Source: Rickettsiaceae bacterium (GTDB taxonomy: Bacteria > Pseudomonadota > Alphaproteobacteria > Rickettsiales > Rickettsiaceae). From it: a stretch of DNA of 64,000 bases. Shown here piece after piece: positions 46,998 to 58,100 of the stretch. A program made the translations under genes and the position numbers. Location: positions 1,304 to 65,303 of the forward strand of contig JANRMF010000070.1 in NCBI GenBank assembly GCA_033761815.1. The letters run 5' to 3'. Positions within the stretch are counted from its first letter, which is position 1; each line of letters opens with the position of its first letter. Under the pieces are notes generated by a model. That model searched no databases. It worked only from the letters and a program-made list of their open reading frames with translations, and was not told the origin of the DNA.

Positions 46998-47702
46998 ATT
47001 TTCTCGCTCTAATAATTTTGTATATTTCTTCAAAAATTTTAGGGCCGCCTTCTTTTCTGCGTCCTTCTTCTTGCCCCCTTCGCCAGTTTCTGAGCCAAAA
47101 TTTTTTACTGTAACGCGGGCAGAAAAAGTAACATCATCCTCAGGGCCAGAGGATGAGATAATTTGATATATAGGAAGCCCTAGTTTATTGGATTGCACCC
47201 ATTCCTGCAATAAACTTTTGGAGTCAATTTCCAGGTGATCTTTATTATTTGCAAGATCTTGCCAAAGATGTAGAGTAATCTTTTTCGCCATATCATACCC
47301 CGAATCAAGATATATAGCACCTATAATTGCCTCCATAGCATTTTCAAGGTTACGAGGATTATCCCTACCTCCGTTTTTTTCTTCTCCTTGCGATAATATT
47401 AAAAATTCCCTAAGGCTGATTTTTCTTGCGACAAAGCAAATAGCACTAGATGAAACAAGTCTAGATCTCATAGTCGATAAACTACCTTCCTTTGATTTTT
47501 TATAGTTTTTATATAAATCCTCAGTAATGATCATGCCAAGAACGCTATCGCCCAAAAACTCCATTCTCTCGTTATTTCTATCATGTTTTGTAACGTTTAA
47601 AGATGAGTGAGTGAGGGCTTCTGTAATTAGGTTTTTATCATCAAAAACATATTCTAGCCTTTTCTCTAACTCACTGATTTTTCCTGTGTTGCTTTTACTC
47701 AT
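46995..47702 (-). CDS. rnc: Ribonuclease III
   Basis: ERMEFLGDSVLG signature and a C-terminal dsRBD. Confidence 0.9.
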   Translation of the reverse strand: MSKSNTGKISELEKRLEYVFDDKNLITEALTHSSLNVTKHDRNNERMEFLGDSVLGMIITEDLYKNYKKSKEGSLSTMRSRLVSSSAICFVARKISLREFLILSQGEEKNGGRDNPRNLENAMEAIIGAIYLDSGYDMAKKITLHLWQDLANNKDHLEIDSKSLLQEWVQSNKLGLPIYQIISSSGPEDDVTFSARVTVKNFGSETGEGGKKKDAEKKAALKFLKKYTKLLEREN

Positions 47703-47717
47703 TTATCCCTTGTTGCT

Positions 47718-49124
47718 CTATGATATAGTCTTTTGGGCGTGGTGAATCCTCTCAAGGCAGACATCCTTTCCTATTATATCTATTATCTCAAAAACACTTG
47801 GTGCTGCAGACTTGCCGGTAATCATGCACCTAACAACCATCATAATATCTCCAAGTTTTGCGCCTCTATTTTTTGCTAGCTCTTTAAATGATTCGCTAAT
47901 TTCATCTTTATTTTGCCAGTTTTTTTCTTTTATAAAATCTGCTAATTCAGAAATGAATAAGTGGCCCTGAGATTGAATAATCGCAATAGCTTCTTCCGAA
48001 AGGGGGGGTAGATTTTTTGAGTGATAAATCTTTGCAATATCACTTAATTCCCCGCATAAAGATGAGCGAACCTTGATTTCATCCATAGATCTTGTGAGAT
48101 TTCTTTTTGTTGTATCGTCTAGCTCTATTTTCTCCTTTTGCCATTCTTTTTGTATGATTTTCATCAAATCTTCTGTAGATTTATTTCTTAAATATACACT
48201 ATTAATATGCCGCATTTTTGCAAAATCTAGCCTGGATGGACCTTTTCCAATATGAGTTCCATCAAACCATTTAATGGCATCTGGAATGCTTATTATTTCA
48301 TCATCCCCGTGGCTCCAGCCAAGCCTAACAAGATAGCTTGCTAAGGCCTCAGATAAATATCCCATATCTTCATAACTACCCACCCCAACTGCACCGTGCC
48401 TTTTGGATAATTTTGCGCCATCAGGCCCGTGAATGAGCGGTATATGACCCATAATTGGTATCTCCCACCCCATAGCCTCATAAATAAGCTTCTGGCGAAA
48501 AGCATTATTTAAATGGTCATCCCCCCTTATGATGTGACTAACTCCCATATCATGATCATCAACTACAACGGCAAGCATATATGTTGGGCTGCCATCACTC
48601 CTTAAAAGAACCATGTCATCTAGGGTTTCATTTGCAACTCGGACTTCACCCTGAACTATATCATAAATAATTGAATCACTAATACGTGGAGCCTTAATTC
48701 TTACAACAAAATTTTGATTTTTTGGATGATCGCCCTCAGAAACATCCCTCCATGGACTGTTTAGCAAAAATGATTTTCCAGAATCTGTGGCTTCTTGTCT
48801 TAAGTGGTTTATTTCCTCTTGACTCATGAAGCACTTATAAGCAGCACCCTTTTTTAGTAAATCAAGAGCGATTTCTCTGTGTCTTGTAGCATTTTTAGAC
48901 TGATATACAATCTCGCCATCATGAGAGATGCCAAGCCATTTAAGGCCATTTATTATAGCATCGCAAGATTCAGTAGTAGATCTTTCAAAGTCAGTATCCT
49001 CGATTCTGAGCAAGAAACTACCTCCAAAATGCCTTGCGAACAGATAATTGAACAAGGCGGTCCTGGCGGAGCCAATATGAAGATAACCGGTAGGGGAAGG
49101 TGCGAAGCGAGTGACTACTTTCAT
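47718..49124 (-). CDS. gltX: Glutamyl-tRNA synthetase
   Basis: RFAPSPTGYLHIGSARTALFN (HIGH) and KLSKRHG (KMSKS). Confidence 0.9.
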   Translation of the reverse strand: MKVVTRFAPSPTGYLHIGSARTALFNYLFARHFGGSFLLRIEDTDFERSTTESCDAIINGLKWLGISHDGEIVYQSKNATRHREIALDLLKKGAAYKCFMSQEEINHLRQEATDSGKSFLLNSPWRDVSEGDHPKNQNFVVRIKAPRISDSIIYDIVQGEVRVANETLDDMVLLRSDGSPTYMLAVVVDDHDMGVSHIIRGDDHLNNAFRQKLIYEAMGWEIPIMGHIPLIHGPDGAKLSKRHGAVGVGSYEDMGYLSEALASYLVRLGWSHGDDEIISIPDAIKWFDGTHIGKGPSRLDFAKMRHINSVYLRNKSTEDLMKIIQKEWQKEKIELDDTTKRNLTRSMDEIKVRSSLCGELSDIAKIYHSKNLPPLSEEAIAIIQSQGHLFISELADFIKEKNWQNKDEISESFKELAKNRGAKLGDIMMVVRCMITGKSAAPSVFEIIDIIGKDVCLERIHHAQKTIS

Positions 49125-49254
49125 TTATATAACATACGTAATTTATAGAATAAGAACATATATCATTAAATGAGTAATCCGGCAAGAATTTGTGGTGCAA
49201 TATTATGGTAATATAGTAATGGAACTAAATAACTCTTCCAGAGTATTAGGCTTT

Positions 49255-49473
49255 CTAAAGCCTTGTTGCTCTAACCATTTTGATCTTTCCTTCATCCCAG
49301 CTATACTGAGTGTTCACAACTTTTGTCTCAGTAACTATTATATCGCCATTAGGCAGCTGAGCTACATCACAACCTCTTTGAAGAGAGTCGGTAATAATTG
49401 GGGTTACTTTACAAATATACCTAATATCCGTAAGAATGTCGTTTTTATTTTCTAAATCATCAGTCATATGCAA
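49255..49473 (-). CDS. Small hypothetical protein
   Basis: 72-aa ORF with no recognisable motif. Confidence 0.4.
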   Translation of the reverse strand: MHMTDDLENKNDILTDIRYICKVTPIITDSLQRGCDVAQLPNGDIIVTETKVVNTQYSWDEGKIKMVRATRL

Positions 49474-49562
49474 AAAAACTAAAATGGTTAATTCGGCTAT
49501 TCTATACTAAAATGAATTTAATTGCAATATTAAAATTTATTAACTGGATATAATCGTGAAAT

Positions 49563-50540
49563 TTATCCAAGAAAATATTTAGACATACTATAATATAATG
49601 GGATTCCTAAGATAATATTAAATGGAAAAGTAACTCCTATGCTGATTGGCAAATATACCGAAGCCTTTGCCTCGGGGAGGGCGAGTTTCATAGCAGCAGG
49701 AACAGCAATATATGAGCTACTCGCGACTAAAGTCATGAATAACAGCCCATCTGGGGACTTGAGTCCAATTGCATATGCGATCAAAAGGGCAATTCCAGCA
49801 TTTACAAGCGGCATATATAGTCCAAAGAAAATAAGGGGAGCCTTGATTTTGCGCAAATTTTGGATATTTTTGGTAACGATTAAACCGAGATCGAGCATAA
49901 ACATACATACAATCCCCTGGAAGGGACTCACCAAAAATGGGGCAATTTTTGCAAGACCATTTTGCCCAGAAATACACCCTACAAAAAATGAGCCCAAAAT
50001 TAGCAGAACTGCTCCATTTGCAAAAATTTCACTTGCGAGTTTGTTTTCTTCTTTTGTGTGAATATTTGTCTCTGGGGCAAATCTATGCGCTATATATAAG
50101 CCAGATAAAATTGCTGGAGCTTCCATGAGCGCAAGGATAGACGGCATATACCCAGAATATGATTCCTGGTGAAGTAGGAGGAAGTTAACAGAAGCAGCAA
50201 AAGTTACGATACTAACAGATCCGTAATGAGCAGATAAAGCTGCTGCAGTTGGCTTATCTATCTTTGTCGTTAAGATGATTAAAAAATAAGCTAAAAAGGG
50301 GATTATAAAACTCAATGATATACCGCTAAAAATTGTTAGCACAATTTCAGAGGAAAAATGCTCGATGCTAATGACCGAAACGCCCCCAGTAAAACCTATA
50401 GACATCATTAAATATACACTTAAATATCTACCCATACTTTCTGGAACAGAAAGGTCAGACTTTAAATATCCAGCAAAAGCCCCCAGAGCAAAAAATAGGA
50501 CAGATGGTGAGAGTAAATTTTGCGAAAAAGCATCTAGCAT
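49563..50540 (-). CDS. SbtA-like (DUF897) permease, putative sodium-dependent bicarbonate transporter family
   Basis: 325 aa and about 10 TM helices. N-terminus LLSPSVLFFALGAFAGYLKSDLSVPE is typical of this family. Confidence 0.55.
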   Translation of the reverse strand: MLDAFSQNLLSPSVLFFALGAFAGYLKSDLSVPESMGRYLSVYLMMSIGFTGGVSVISIEHFSSEIVLTIFSGISLSFIIPFLAYFLIILTTKIDKPTAAALSAHYGSVSIVTFAASVNFLLLHQESYSGYMPSILALMEAPAILSGLYIAHRFAPETNIHTKEENKLASEIFANGAVLLILGSFFVGCISGQNGLAKIAPFLVSPFQGIVCMFMLDLGLIVTKNIQNLRKIKAPLIFFGLYMPLVNAGIALLIAYAIGLKSPDGLLFMTLVASSSYIAVPAAMKLALPEAKASVYLPISIGVTFPFNIILGIPLYYSMSKYFLG

Positions 50541-50580
50541 AAAACCTCATTTATATTATGTACTCAATCTGCCTTGGGTA

Positions 50581-50713
50581 TTATATCAATTCCAATTTTT
50601 AAATGATCCAAACAAATTGTCGCTTAGGACTCGCTCATTCTAACGTATCTATATACGCTCCGAAGGCTAGCCCTAAAATTCATTTGTCTAATTTAATCTT
50701 GGAAATGGTATTA
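50581..50713. mobile_element. MITE-like element, family B copy 1 (core 50584-50710, TTA duplication)
   Basis: Termini TATCAATTCC...GGAAATGGTA flanked by TTA/TTA. Closely similar to 57838-57961. Confidence 0.65.
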
Positions 50714-50770
50714 TGCTATTTTTATATCTGTGTCAAGCGGGGAATGACACAAGGTGATAATAAGAAAACT

Positions 50771-51223
50771 TCACCTATTCTTATCCCAAGTGCCTGTGAT
50801 ATTTTGCTTGTAGATGCAAATATTATGTTCCTGCGCTTTGAGGTCTTGGTAAATTTTGCGTGCTAGATTTTTCTGAACCTCGCTTTGGTTGAAAAAAACT
50901 ATAAAAACTCTTTCATATTCTTCTGGGTTCATATAAGCCCCTGCCACCATTACTAGAAGTTTTGATTGATTGAAATTTTCTGTTTTATGAGATATGAGCA
51001 CTGGCTGATCCTCTATTCTCTCATCTAATATGCTTCCATGGGGAATGAATGATTTTTGGCTAAAGGTCCAGAGCATTTTATTGAGTATTTCCTGCATTCC
51101 TTCGTCCTCTGTGTGAACTAGAGTATTTATTCCAGTTTTATAGCATTTTTCTATGAGAGAGCAGACGACTTTTTCAAAATTGTCGTTAGTGACTTCGTAA
51201 AAATTGATCTCAGGTTTTTTCAT
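50771..51223 (-). CDS. holC: DNA polymerase III chi subunit
   Basis: 150 aa. INFYEV start and the LNKMLWTFSQKSFIPHG motif typical of HolC. Confidence 0.6.
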   Translation of the reverse strand: MKKPEINFYEVTNDNFEKVVCSLIEKCYKTGINTLVHTEDEGMQEILNKMLWTFSQKSFIPHGSILDERIEDQPVLISHKTENFNQSKLLVMVAGAYMNPEEYERVFIVFFNQSEVQKNLARKIYQDLKAQEHNICIYKQNITGTWDKNR

Positions 51224-51251
51224 AAAGGTTTTTTCATAAAATTATGTGGTT

Positions 51252-53279
51252 TTATAATATAATATCCTGCTTTGCAGCAATTTTGGTAAAAAGAGTCATT
51301 AGAATATTATATTTTTCCATGTCATCTTCTTTATTTGCTATGTTTGATGCTATTTCTATTATATCCGCGTCTTCTGCTATATCAAGGAATCTGAAATTTT
51401 GATCTCCGCTTTGTTTTTCTCCAAAAAATTCACCTTCACCTCTTAGCGCTAGATCTTTTTCTGCTATAAAGAAACCATCACTCGATTCTTTCATGATTTT
51501 GAGACGCTCTTTTGCTATTTCAGAAAGTCTTTCGCCTCTCAAAAGAATACAGCTAGATTGTATTTCGCCTCTACCCACCCTTCCTCTTAGTTGATGAAGC
51601 TGAGCAAGGCCAAACTTTTCTGCATTTTCGATGATAATTAGGGTTGCATCTGGCACATCAACGCCGACTTCAACAACGGTGGTAGAAACAAGCAAGGGGG
51701 AAATTCCGCCTCTAAACTGGGCTATAATTTCGTTTTTTTTCTCCGGATTTATCCCGCCGTGAAGCTGGGATACCTTGTCGCCAAAAATGGATCTTAAAAA
51801 TTCAGATCTATTGATCAAATCAGAATTTTCGGATGAGCTATTCTCCTTGCTCTCAATCAAAGGACATACCCAATACACTTTCTCGCCCTTTGCTAGCCTT
51901 GTTGATATAGCTTTAATTATATCATCCATTTTTGCAAAAGTTGAGACAAAGGTTTGAATAATTTTCCTATTACTCGGGATTTGGGTGATTCTGGACATAG
52001 CAAGATCGCCAAATTGGGTCATTGAAAGGGTTCTTGGAATGGGGGTTGCGCTCATGATCAAAACATCGGGGACATTTCCTTTGTTTATTATCTCCATCCT
52101 CTGCTGAACTCCAAATTTATGCTGCTCATCAATAACAACAAAAGCTAGGTCATTAAATTTTATATCTGCAGTAAAGATTGCGTGAGTACCTATGATATAG
52201 CGGGCCCTCCCGCTTGAAATAGATTCCAAAAGCTTATCTCGATTTTTTGAATTTGGCCTTGAAGTTATTAGTGCAATTTCGTATCCTTCCCCCTCTAGCA
52301 TCTTAGATATGAAGTTAAAATGCTGAGTGGCAAGCACCTCAGTGGGAGCAAGGAGGGCAACCTGACCCCCTTCTCTTAAAACATTTATAGAAGAGAGAAG
52401 AGCAACTATTGTCTTACCCGCCCCAACATCACCCTGAACCATTCTCATCATCTGACCATAACTTGCCTGATCTTTCTGAATGGAGAGAATAACATCCCTT
52501 TGGCTCTCTGTAAGGCTATACCCAAACCTACTCATTACTCTTTTTTGCAAAGCGACGTCAGGCTGAAATATCCTATTTTTTTGCGCAAGTGATTTCCGGC
52601 GAAGGAGCTTAAAACCGATTTGGTTCGATAAAGCTTCGTCCAATTTTAGCCTAAAATTTGCCTTTTCGATTTTTTCAGAATCAGTAGCAAAGTGAGTCCA
52701 GCTTAGCGCTTCAAAAAAAGAAGGTAGCCCATTTTGGGTTATTATTTCACGAGGAAGCCATTCTGGCAGAGATTTTGCTATAGTTATATACTTTGATATA
52801 TACTGCCTTATTTGGTTATTTGTAAGGCCGTATGTCAGGCCATATCTTGGCTCAAATTTGGTTATGAAAGAGAGGTCAAAAATAATTTCCGGATGAAGTA
52901 TCTGGGGCAAATGGTCATAAAATTCCACCTTACCTGAGCAGCTAATATATTTTCCTACTTGCAAAACTTGTTTCATAAACTGATGTATTTTGAAAAATAC
53001 TAATGTAATTGAACCGGTTTCATTAGAGCAGGCAACCTTGGTAATTCCTGATTTTTTTTTAGGAAGCGATATTTCTATGATTTTGACTTTGATGACAACT
53101 TCCTCTTGATTTGTCAGTTTGGATAAATTGGGATTTATGGCGCGCTGTATGTAGTATGTTGGTTTATATAAGAGAAGATCTGAGATAGTTTTGATTCCAA
53201 TGCGTGCAAGAGCAAGCTTTGCCTGAGCTTTCAACCCAAGAGCAACTGATGCATCCTGGGATAATTTTTCTATAACCAT
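51252..53279 (-). CDS. recG: ATP-dependent DNA helicase RecG
   Basis: Wedge domain, Walker A GDVGAGKT, DEQH box (VIDEQHKFG), QLHQLRGRVGRG. Confidence 0.9.
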   Translation of the reverse strand: MVIEKLSQDASVALGLKAQAKLALARIGIKTISDLLLYKPTYYIQRAINPNLSKLTNQEEVVIKVKIIEISLPKKKSGITKVACSNETGSITLVFFKIHQFMKQVLQVGKYISCSGKVEFYDHLPQILHPEIIFDLSFITKFEPRYGLTYGLTNNQIRQYISKYITIAKSLPEWLPREIITQNGLPSFFEALSWTHFATDSEKIEKANFRLKLDEALSNQIGFKLLRRKSLAQKNRIFQPDVALQKRVMSRFGYSLTESQRDVILSIQKDQASYGQMMRMVQGDVGAGKTIVALLSSINVLREGGQVALLAPTEVLATQHFNFISKMLEGEGYEIALITSRPNSKNRDKLLESISSGRARYIIGTHAIFTADIKFNDLAFVVIDEQHKFGVQQRMEIINKGNVPDVLIMSATPIPRTLSMTQFGDLAMSRITQIPSNRKIIQTFVSTFAKMDDIIKAISTRLAKGEKVYWVCPLIESKENSSSENSDLINRSEFLRSIFGDKVSQLHGGINPEKKNEIIAQFRGGISPLLVSTTVVEVGVDVPDATLIIIENAEKFGLAQLHQLRGRVGRGEIQSSCILLRGERLSEIAKERLKIMKESSDGFFIAEKDLALRGEGEFFGEKQSGDQNFRFLDIAEDADIIEIASNIANKEDDMEKYNILMTLFTKIAAKQDIIL

Positions 53280-53508
53280 AGATCTTGTGCTACCGAACTA
53301 ATATTATATAAAATATATATTATTTTTTGGAATAATAAAACATTTATATAATGAGGATTACGCTGACCTTCTTTATCATTTTTTGTTATTGCCTCGGAGG
53401 CGCGAATTCGCACCTTCATCACGAGCAAAGCGAGGTGATTCACAAGGTTTTTTATTTACTCTATGGAAAATTTCTTTTTTAGTAAGCATACAGGCTCAAA
53501 ATAATAAC

Positions 53509-54092
53509 ATGACGCCTTCTGAGGCTACAGAAAGGATGCGTAAATTAATAGTTGAAAATTTGTTTTTAAATCAGGATTGTGAAAATGAATTCATACAACT
53601 AATACCAGATCCCAAATTAAATTGAACAAATGCAATTTAAAGGCGAGCCTGCGTAAGCCTATAGATAATAGGTGCGGGAGAGGTGAGTCCTAAAAAATTG
53701 CTTTTGTTCAGTTAATTTCGGAACCTGGTATAATTGGATATGGAGCTGAGGTTAATAAGGCAGATAATGATGGCTATACTCCTTTGCACCTGGCATGCCT
53801 TGAAGGAAAACCTGATATTACTAAATTGCTCACTGAACATGAAGCTCTCGCAGATTTATCATTACTAAAATATATCGTTGTGGAAGGGGATAAAGGTCTG
53901 GTAGAGGCCATAAATAATCGATTAAGTAGCGATCATTCATTCGGACAAGATCCAGTTACCCTTCACATAAAAGACAATAGAGGAATAGAAAATATACGTT
54001 TTGCTAAAGATTTCGTACGGGTTTTTAACTTGGAAGATCTTGCTGGGCAACATGTCGAAATAAGTTTTGATAATTTCTATATATTAAAATAG
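53509..54092 (+). pseudogene. Ankyrin-repeat gene interrupted by a 131-bp MITE insertion
   Basis: The upstream part ends ...DCENEFIQL and the downstream part resumes IGYGAEVNKADNDGYTPLHLACLEGKPDITKLL. Deleting 53602-53732 joins them in frame into a canonical ankyrin repeat. Confidence 0.6.
53600..53733. mobile_element. MITE-like element, family C copy 2 (core 53603-53730, TAA duplication)
   Basis: Termini TACCAGATCC...GGAACCTGGTA flanked by TAA/TAA. It is the inverted counterpart of 14474-14600. Confidence 0.7.
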
Positions 54093-54182
54093 CAATTTTG
54101 TGAACACTTGTTTTGGGGTAATGCAAACTAAGGCCTTCAGCGTTATGGCTTTAAAAGCCTTGGCTTGGACCCAGGTTTGCTT

Positions 54183-55343
54183 TTATTTACCCCAGAGATT
54201 TTTCATTTTTTGAAAAAAGGTAGTTTCGGATGGCTTAGGGGTTTCGCTGTCAAATTCTTCAAGAAGCTTTTTTTGTGTTTTTGTGAGATTCTTTGGAACC
54301 TCAACGTAAATATGGACGATCATATCTCCTCTTGAAGATGAGCGAACTTTGCTCATACCTTTATTTTTTAGCTTTAATTTATCGCCGTTTTGAGTTCCTT
54401 CTGGAATTGTAAGACTCACACCTGTTTTTTCGATAGTTGGGATTTCGATCTCCCCGCCCATCGCAGCGGTTTTAAAGCTTATAGGGATCATGCAGTGAAT
54501 ATCAGTACCCTCTATTTTAAATAAATCATGAGGTTTTATATTAACAAAAACATACAAATCTCCAGCCGGCCCGCCCCGGAGGCCAGCTTCTCCTTCTCCT
54601 GTAAATTTGATTCTATTTCCATCTTCAATGCCTGCTGGTATTGATGCGCTGATTGTTTTTTGTTTGTGAACCCTTCCATTGCCTGAGCATGATCTACATG
54701 GGTCTTTAATAACCTGTCCCGCGCCGCCGCACACCCCGCATTGCTGCTCTATAGCAAAAAAACCTTGCTGCATTCTAATCATACCTTGCCCATGACAAGA
54801 AGGGCAGGTAGTAGATTCTGAAGAATTTGTACCCCTTCCGCTGCAACTTGTGCATTTCTCATGAGTTGCAAAGCTAATAGATTTTTCAACGCCATTAAAA
54901 GCCTCTTCTAATGTTATTGATAAATTATATCTTAAATCAGACCCTCTTTCTTGCATAGATCTTTTGGCACCTCTTCTGCCCCCATGCATTGCATCTCCGA
55001 AGAAATCTCCAAAAATATCAGAAAAATCCCCAGAAAAACCCTGAGAAGAAAACCCGCCAAACCCCTGGGAAAAGCCTGCACCTCCGTGACCATGAGCCCC
55101 TCCGCCTCCGCCACCTCTTGTAAAAGCATCGTGGCCAAACCTATCATAAGCTGCTCTTTTTTGATCATCCTTCAGCACTTCGTAAGCTTCTGAAATTTCC
55201 TTAAACTTCCCTTCAGCTTCTTTATTGTCTTTATTTTGATCTGGGTGATACTTCATTGCGAGCTTTCGATAGGATTTTTTTATCTCATCTAAACTTGCAG
55301 ATTTTTCAACCCCGAGTACTGAATAATAATCTTGTTTTGACAT
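54183..55343 (-). CDS. dnaJ: Chaperone DnaJ
   Basis: J domain with HPD (KYHPDQN), a G/F region, and four CxxCxGxG zinc-finger repeats. Confidence 0.9.
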   Translation of the reverse strand: MSKQDYYSVLGVEKSASLDEIKKSYRKLAMKYHPDQNKDNKEAEGKFKEISEAYEVLKDDQKRAAYDRFGHDAFTRGGGGGGAHGHGGAGFSQGFGGFSSQGFSGDFSDIFGDFFGDAMHGGRRGAKRSMQERGSDLRYNLSITLEEAFNGVEKSISFATHEKCTSCSGRGTNSSESTTCPSCHGQGMIRMQQGFFAIEQQCGVCGGAGQVIKDPCRSCSGNGRVHKQKTISASIPAGIEDGNRIKFTGEGEAGLRGGPAGDLYVFVNIKPHDLFKIEGTDIHCMIPISFKTAAMGGEIEIPTIEKTGVSLTIPEGTQNGDKLKLKNKGMSKVRSSSRGDMIVHIYVEVPKNLTKTQKKLLEEFDSETPKPSETTFFQKMKNLWGK

Positions 55344-55491
55344 AATTAATTGAATATTTATTTATCTGACTTTTTGCTAATTTTATGAGGGTACGAAAAT
55401 TCTTTTTCGCTCTCCATATAGGCATAAAAATAGAGTAAGTTTATAGACCATATAGTGAACTATATAGTCTATAAACCATACTCATATTAAC

Positions 55492-57384
55492 TTAAGAGAC
55501 ATCCTTAAACTTTGCATCCTTGGCATCGTTATTTGCCTCATAAGTTCCTGCATTGTCTCCTCCACCTGAGGAGTCAGAGCCTGATGAAGCTTGATAAATA
55601 GCCTGACCAACTTTCATAGAAACTTCAGATAAAGCATCTATTTTCTTGTTTATTAGGTCAACATCGTTAGATTCGATTGCTTTTTTCAGATCGCTAATTG
55701 CTGCGTCAATCTCAAGCTTAAGCTGTTGATCGATTTTATCCTCATGTTCCTTTAAGCTTTTTTCTGTTGAGTAAATAAGGCTATCTGCTCTATTTTTTGC
55801 TTCAATAGATTCCTTCCTTTTTTTATCCTCACTTGCATTTGCTTCTGCATCTTTCACCATCTTCTGGATTTCTTCATCAGATAATCCGCCTGAAGCTTGT
55901 ATTGTAACTTTTTGCTCTTTTCCGGTAGCTTTATCTTTTGCAGAAACACTTACAATACCGTTTGCATCTATATCAAATGTAACTTCGATTTGAGGCATTC
56001 CTCTTTGTGAAGGTGGAATACCCTCTAGATTAAATTGGCCAAGCAATTTATTATCGGTGGCAAATTGCCTTTCACCTTGGAAAACTCTGATTGTCACAGC
56101 GGTTTGATTATCATCTGCCGTAGAGAAAACCTGACTCTTCTTTGTAGGGATGGTAGTATTTCTATCGATTAACTTAGTAAACACACCGCCTAATGTCTCA
56201 ATTCCAAGAGAAAGTGGGGTTACGTCAAGTAACAATACATCTTTTACGTCTCCTTGTAGAACACCGCCCTGAATAGCAGCACCCGCTGCAACAACTTCAT
56301 CTGGGTTTACGCTTCTATTTGGCTCTCTTCCAAAAAATTCTTTTACTTTTTCGATAACTTTAGGCATACGAGTCATTCCGCCAACAAGAACTACTTCTTG
56401 AATATCAGAAGGTTTAAGGCCAGCATCTTTTAGCGCCATTTTACATGGATCTATTGTTTTTGCGATAAGATTATCTACAAGCTCCTCTAGTTTTGCTCTA
56501 GTGAGGGAGATATTGAGGTGCTTAGGGCCAGAGCTATCTGCTGTAATGTATGGCAGATTAATGTCTGTTTGCATAGCTGATGATAATTCCTTTTTGGCCT
56601 TCTCGGCTGCTTCTTTTAATCTTTGAAGTGCAAGTGGATCATTTCTTAAATCAATACCTGATTGTTTTTTAAACTCATCTATTAAATAATCCAAGATTTT
56701 AATGTCAAAATCTTCACCGCCGAGGAAAGTGTCGCCGTTTGTAGATTTTACCTCGAATACACCATCTCCTATTTCTAGGATTGATATATCAAATGTTCCT
56801 CCGCCAAGGTCATAAACTGCGATAGTTTTATTTCCAGATTTATCAAAACCATATGCAAGAGCAGCAGCTGTTGGTTCATTTATAATACGAAGAACCTCAA
56901 GACCCGCAATTTTCCCGGCATCTTTTGTAGCCTGTCTTTGAGCATCGTCAAAATGAGCAGGAACTGTAATAACCGCCTGAGTAACTGGGTGGCCAAGAAA
57001 GCTTTCCGCTGTATCCTTCATTTTTTGCAAAACAAATGCAGCCACCTGGCTTGGTGAATATTTTTGTCCATTAGCTTCAATCCACGCATCACCACCAACA
57101 TCGATAATTTTATATGGCACTAAATCTTGATCTTGTTTGACAGCTGGGTCAGTAAACCTTCTACCGATAAGTCTTTTATGACCATAAATAGTATTTTTTG
57201 GGTTTGTGACAGCCTGTCTTTTTGCTGGCTCGCCCACCAATACTTCATTATTATTTGTAAATGCAACCATAGAAGGTGTAATTCTAAGACCTTCAAGATT
57301 TGCTATGATTTTTGGCTCTTTTCCCTCCATTAATGCAACGCAAGAATTTGTGGTTCCTAAATCGATTCCAATAACTTTTCCCAT
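55492..57384 (-). CDS. dnaK: Chaperone DnaK (Hsp70)
   Basis: [20 protein letters not shown], and [12 protein letters not shown]. Confidence 0.95.
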   Translation of the reverse strand: MGKVIGIDLGTTNSCVALMEGKEPKIIANLEGLRITPSMVAFTNNNEVLVGEPAKRQAVTNPKNTIYGHKRLIGRRFTDPAVKQDQDLVPYKIIDVGGDAWIEANGQKYSPSQVAAFVLQKMKDTAESFLGHPVTQAVITVPAHFDDAQRQATKDAGKIAGLEVLRIINEPTAAALAYGFDKSGNKTIAVYDLGGGTFDISILEIGDGVFEVKSTNGDTFLGGEDFDIKILDYLIDEFKKQSGIDLRNDPLALQRLKEAAEKAKKELSSAMQTDINLPYITADSSGPKHLNISLTRAKLEELVDNLIAKTIDPCKMALKDAGLKPSDIQEVVLVGGMTRMPKVIEKVKEFFGREPNRSVNPDEVVAAGAAIQGGVLQGDVKDVLLLDVTPLSLGIETLGGVFTKLIDRNTTIPTKKSQVFSTADDNQTAVTIRVFQGERQFATDNKLLGQFNLEGIPPSQRGMPQIEVTFDIDANGIVSVSAKDKATGKEQKVTIQASGGLSDEEIQKMVKDAEANASEDKKRKESIEAKNRADSLIYSTEKSLKEHEDKIDQQLKLEIDAAISDLKKAIESNDVDLINKKIDALSEVSMKVGQAIYQASSGSDSSGGGDNAGTYEANNDAKDAKFKDVS

Positions 57385-57420
57385 AATTATTTCCTTTTTT
57401 TAAACTTAACTATAGACTAC

Positions 57421-57449
57421 ATATAGGTATAGTTATTTCAAATTACAAG
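57421..57449 (-). promoter_or_regulatory. Candidate RpoH (sigma32)-type heat-shock promoter for dnaKJ
   Basis: The minus strand reads CTTG, an 18-nt spacer, then CCTATATGT. This matches the alphaproteobacterial CTTG-N17/18-CYTATNT pattern and lies about 37 nt upstream of the dnaK ATG. Confidence 0.4.
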
Positions 57450-57721
57450 ATCCTAGCAAAAAAAATTTTATAAAAATATCATTTTTGCGCCAAAAATCAC
57501 ATTTTGCGAAAGTGATAAATGAGTCTGCGGGGAGGGCGTAGGACTAATTAGGAATGAGAAAGCGAGGAAAATATGGTCAATCTGTCATCCTCGTGAAAAG
57601 AGGTGTCCAGTTTTTTTTATTAATTCCCGCCCTAATGGAAGTGAAATAAAAAAGGAAGATTCGGGATTGAAATAGAGAGAGTGGGTTTGGAGAAGGGTGA
57701 ATAAAATATAATAGAAGGAAA

Positions 57722-57796
57722 TGGTGGAGACGAAGGGAATTGAACCCCCGACCCTCTGCGTGCAAAGCAGATGCTCTACCCCTGAGCTACGTCCCC
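57722..57796 (-). tRNA. tRNA-Ala (anticodon TGC)
   Basis: The reverse complement is GGGGACGTAGCTCAGGGGTAGAGCATCTGCTTTGCACGCAGAGGGTCGGGGGTTCAATTCCCTTCGTCTCCACCA, with the G3:U70 identity pair present. Confidence 0.9.
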
Positions 57797-57834
57797 ATTT
57801 AGGTTGTGAATTTTTATATAAAATTTTCTGCACC

Positions 57835-57964
57835 TTATACCAATTCCAATTTTTAAATGATCCAAACAAATCTCGTGGGACTCGCTCATTCTCACGTATT
57901 TATATAAGTTCCGAAGGCTTTTCCTAAAATTTATTTGTCCAATTTAATCTTGGAAATGGTATTA
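57835..57964. mobile_element. MITE-like element, family B copy 2 (core 57838-57961, TTA duplication)
   Basis: Termini TACCAATTCC...GGAAATGGTA flanked by TTA/TTA, about 40 nt from tRNA-Ala. Confidence 0.65.
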
Positions 57965-58100
57965 TATATAACTAGAAACAAAACTAAGATTTAAGCGTTA
58001 CATAACTCTTTATATACATACTTGGTTCACATGAAAATGTAATATCATCTACTTTACCCAAAGTCAAGCCGATATTTTGTTTTTTGTCAAAAAATATGAA

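Noticed and set aside
53383-53470. Locally G+C-rich stretch with a near-palindrome GGAGGCGCGAATTCGCACCTTC and a GATTCACAAG motif that also occurs in the IS481-like leader (GAGGCGCG...GATTCACAAG at about 41605-41635).
   Set aside because: The shared segments are short (8-10 nt) and their spacing differs. It may be a fragment of an IS end, but the evidence is too weak to call a feature.
57480-57720. A possible small RNA in the 240-nt gap between the dnaK promoter region and tRNA-Ala (small hairpins, and a T8 run at about 57612-57619).
   Set aside because: I see no match to SRP, RNase P, 6S or tmRNA signatures. The hairpins are short and AT-rich. This needs transcript data.
14471-57964. Whether the dispersed 100-145 bp repeats could be a CRISPR array or REP clusters.
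   Set aside because: The copies are single, kilobases apart, have terminal inverted repeats and target duplications, and have no regular repeat-spacer periodicity. This is MITE-like, not CRISPR.
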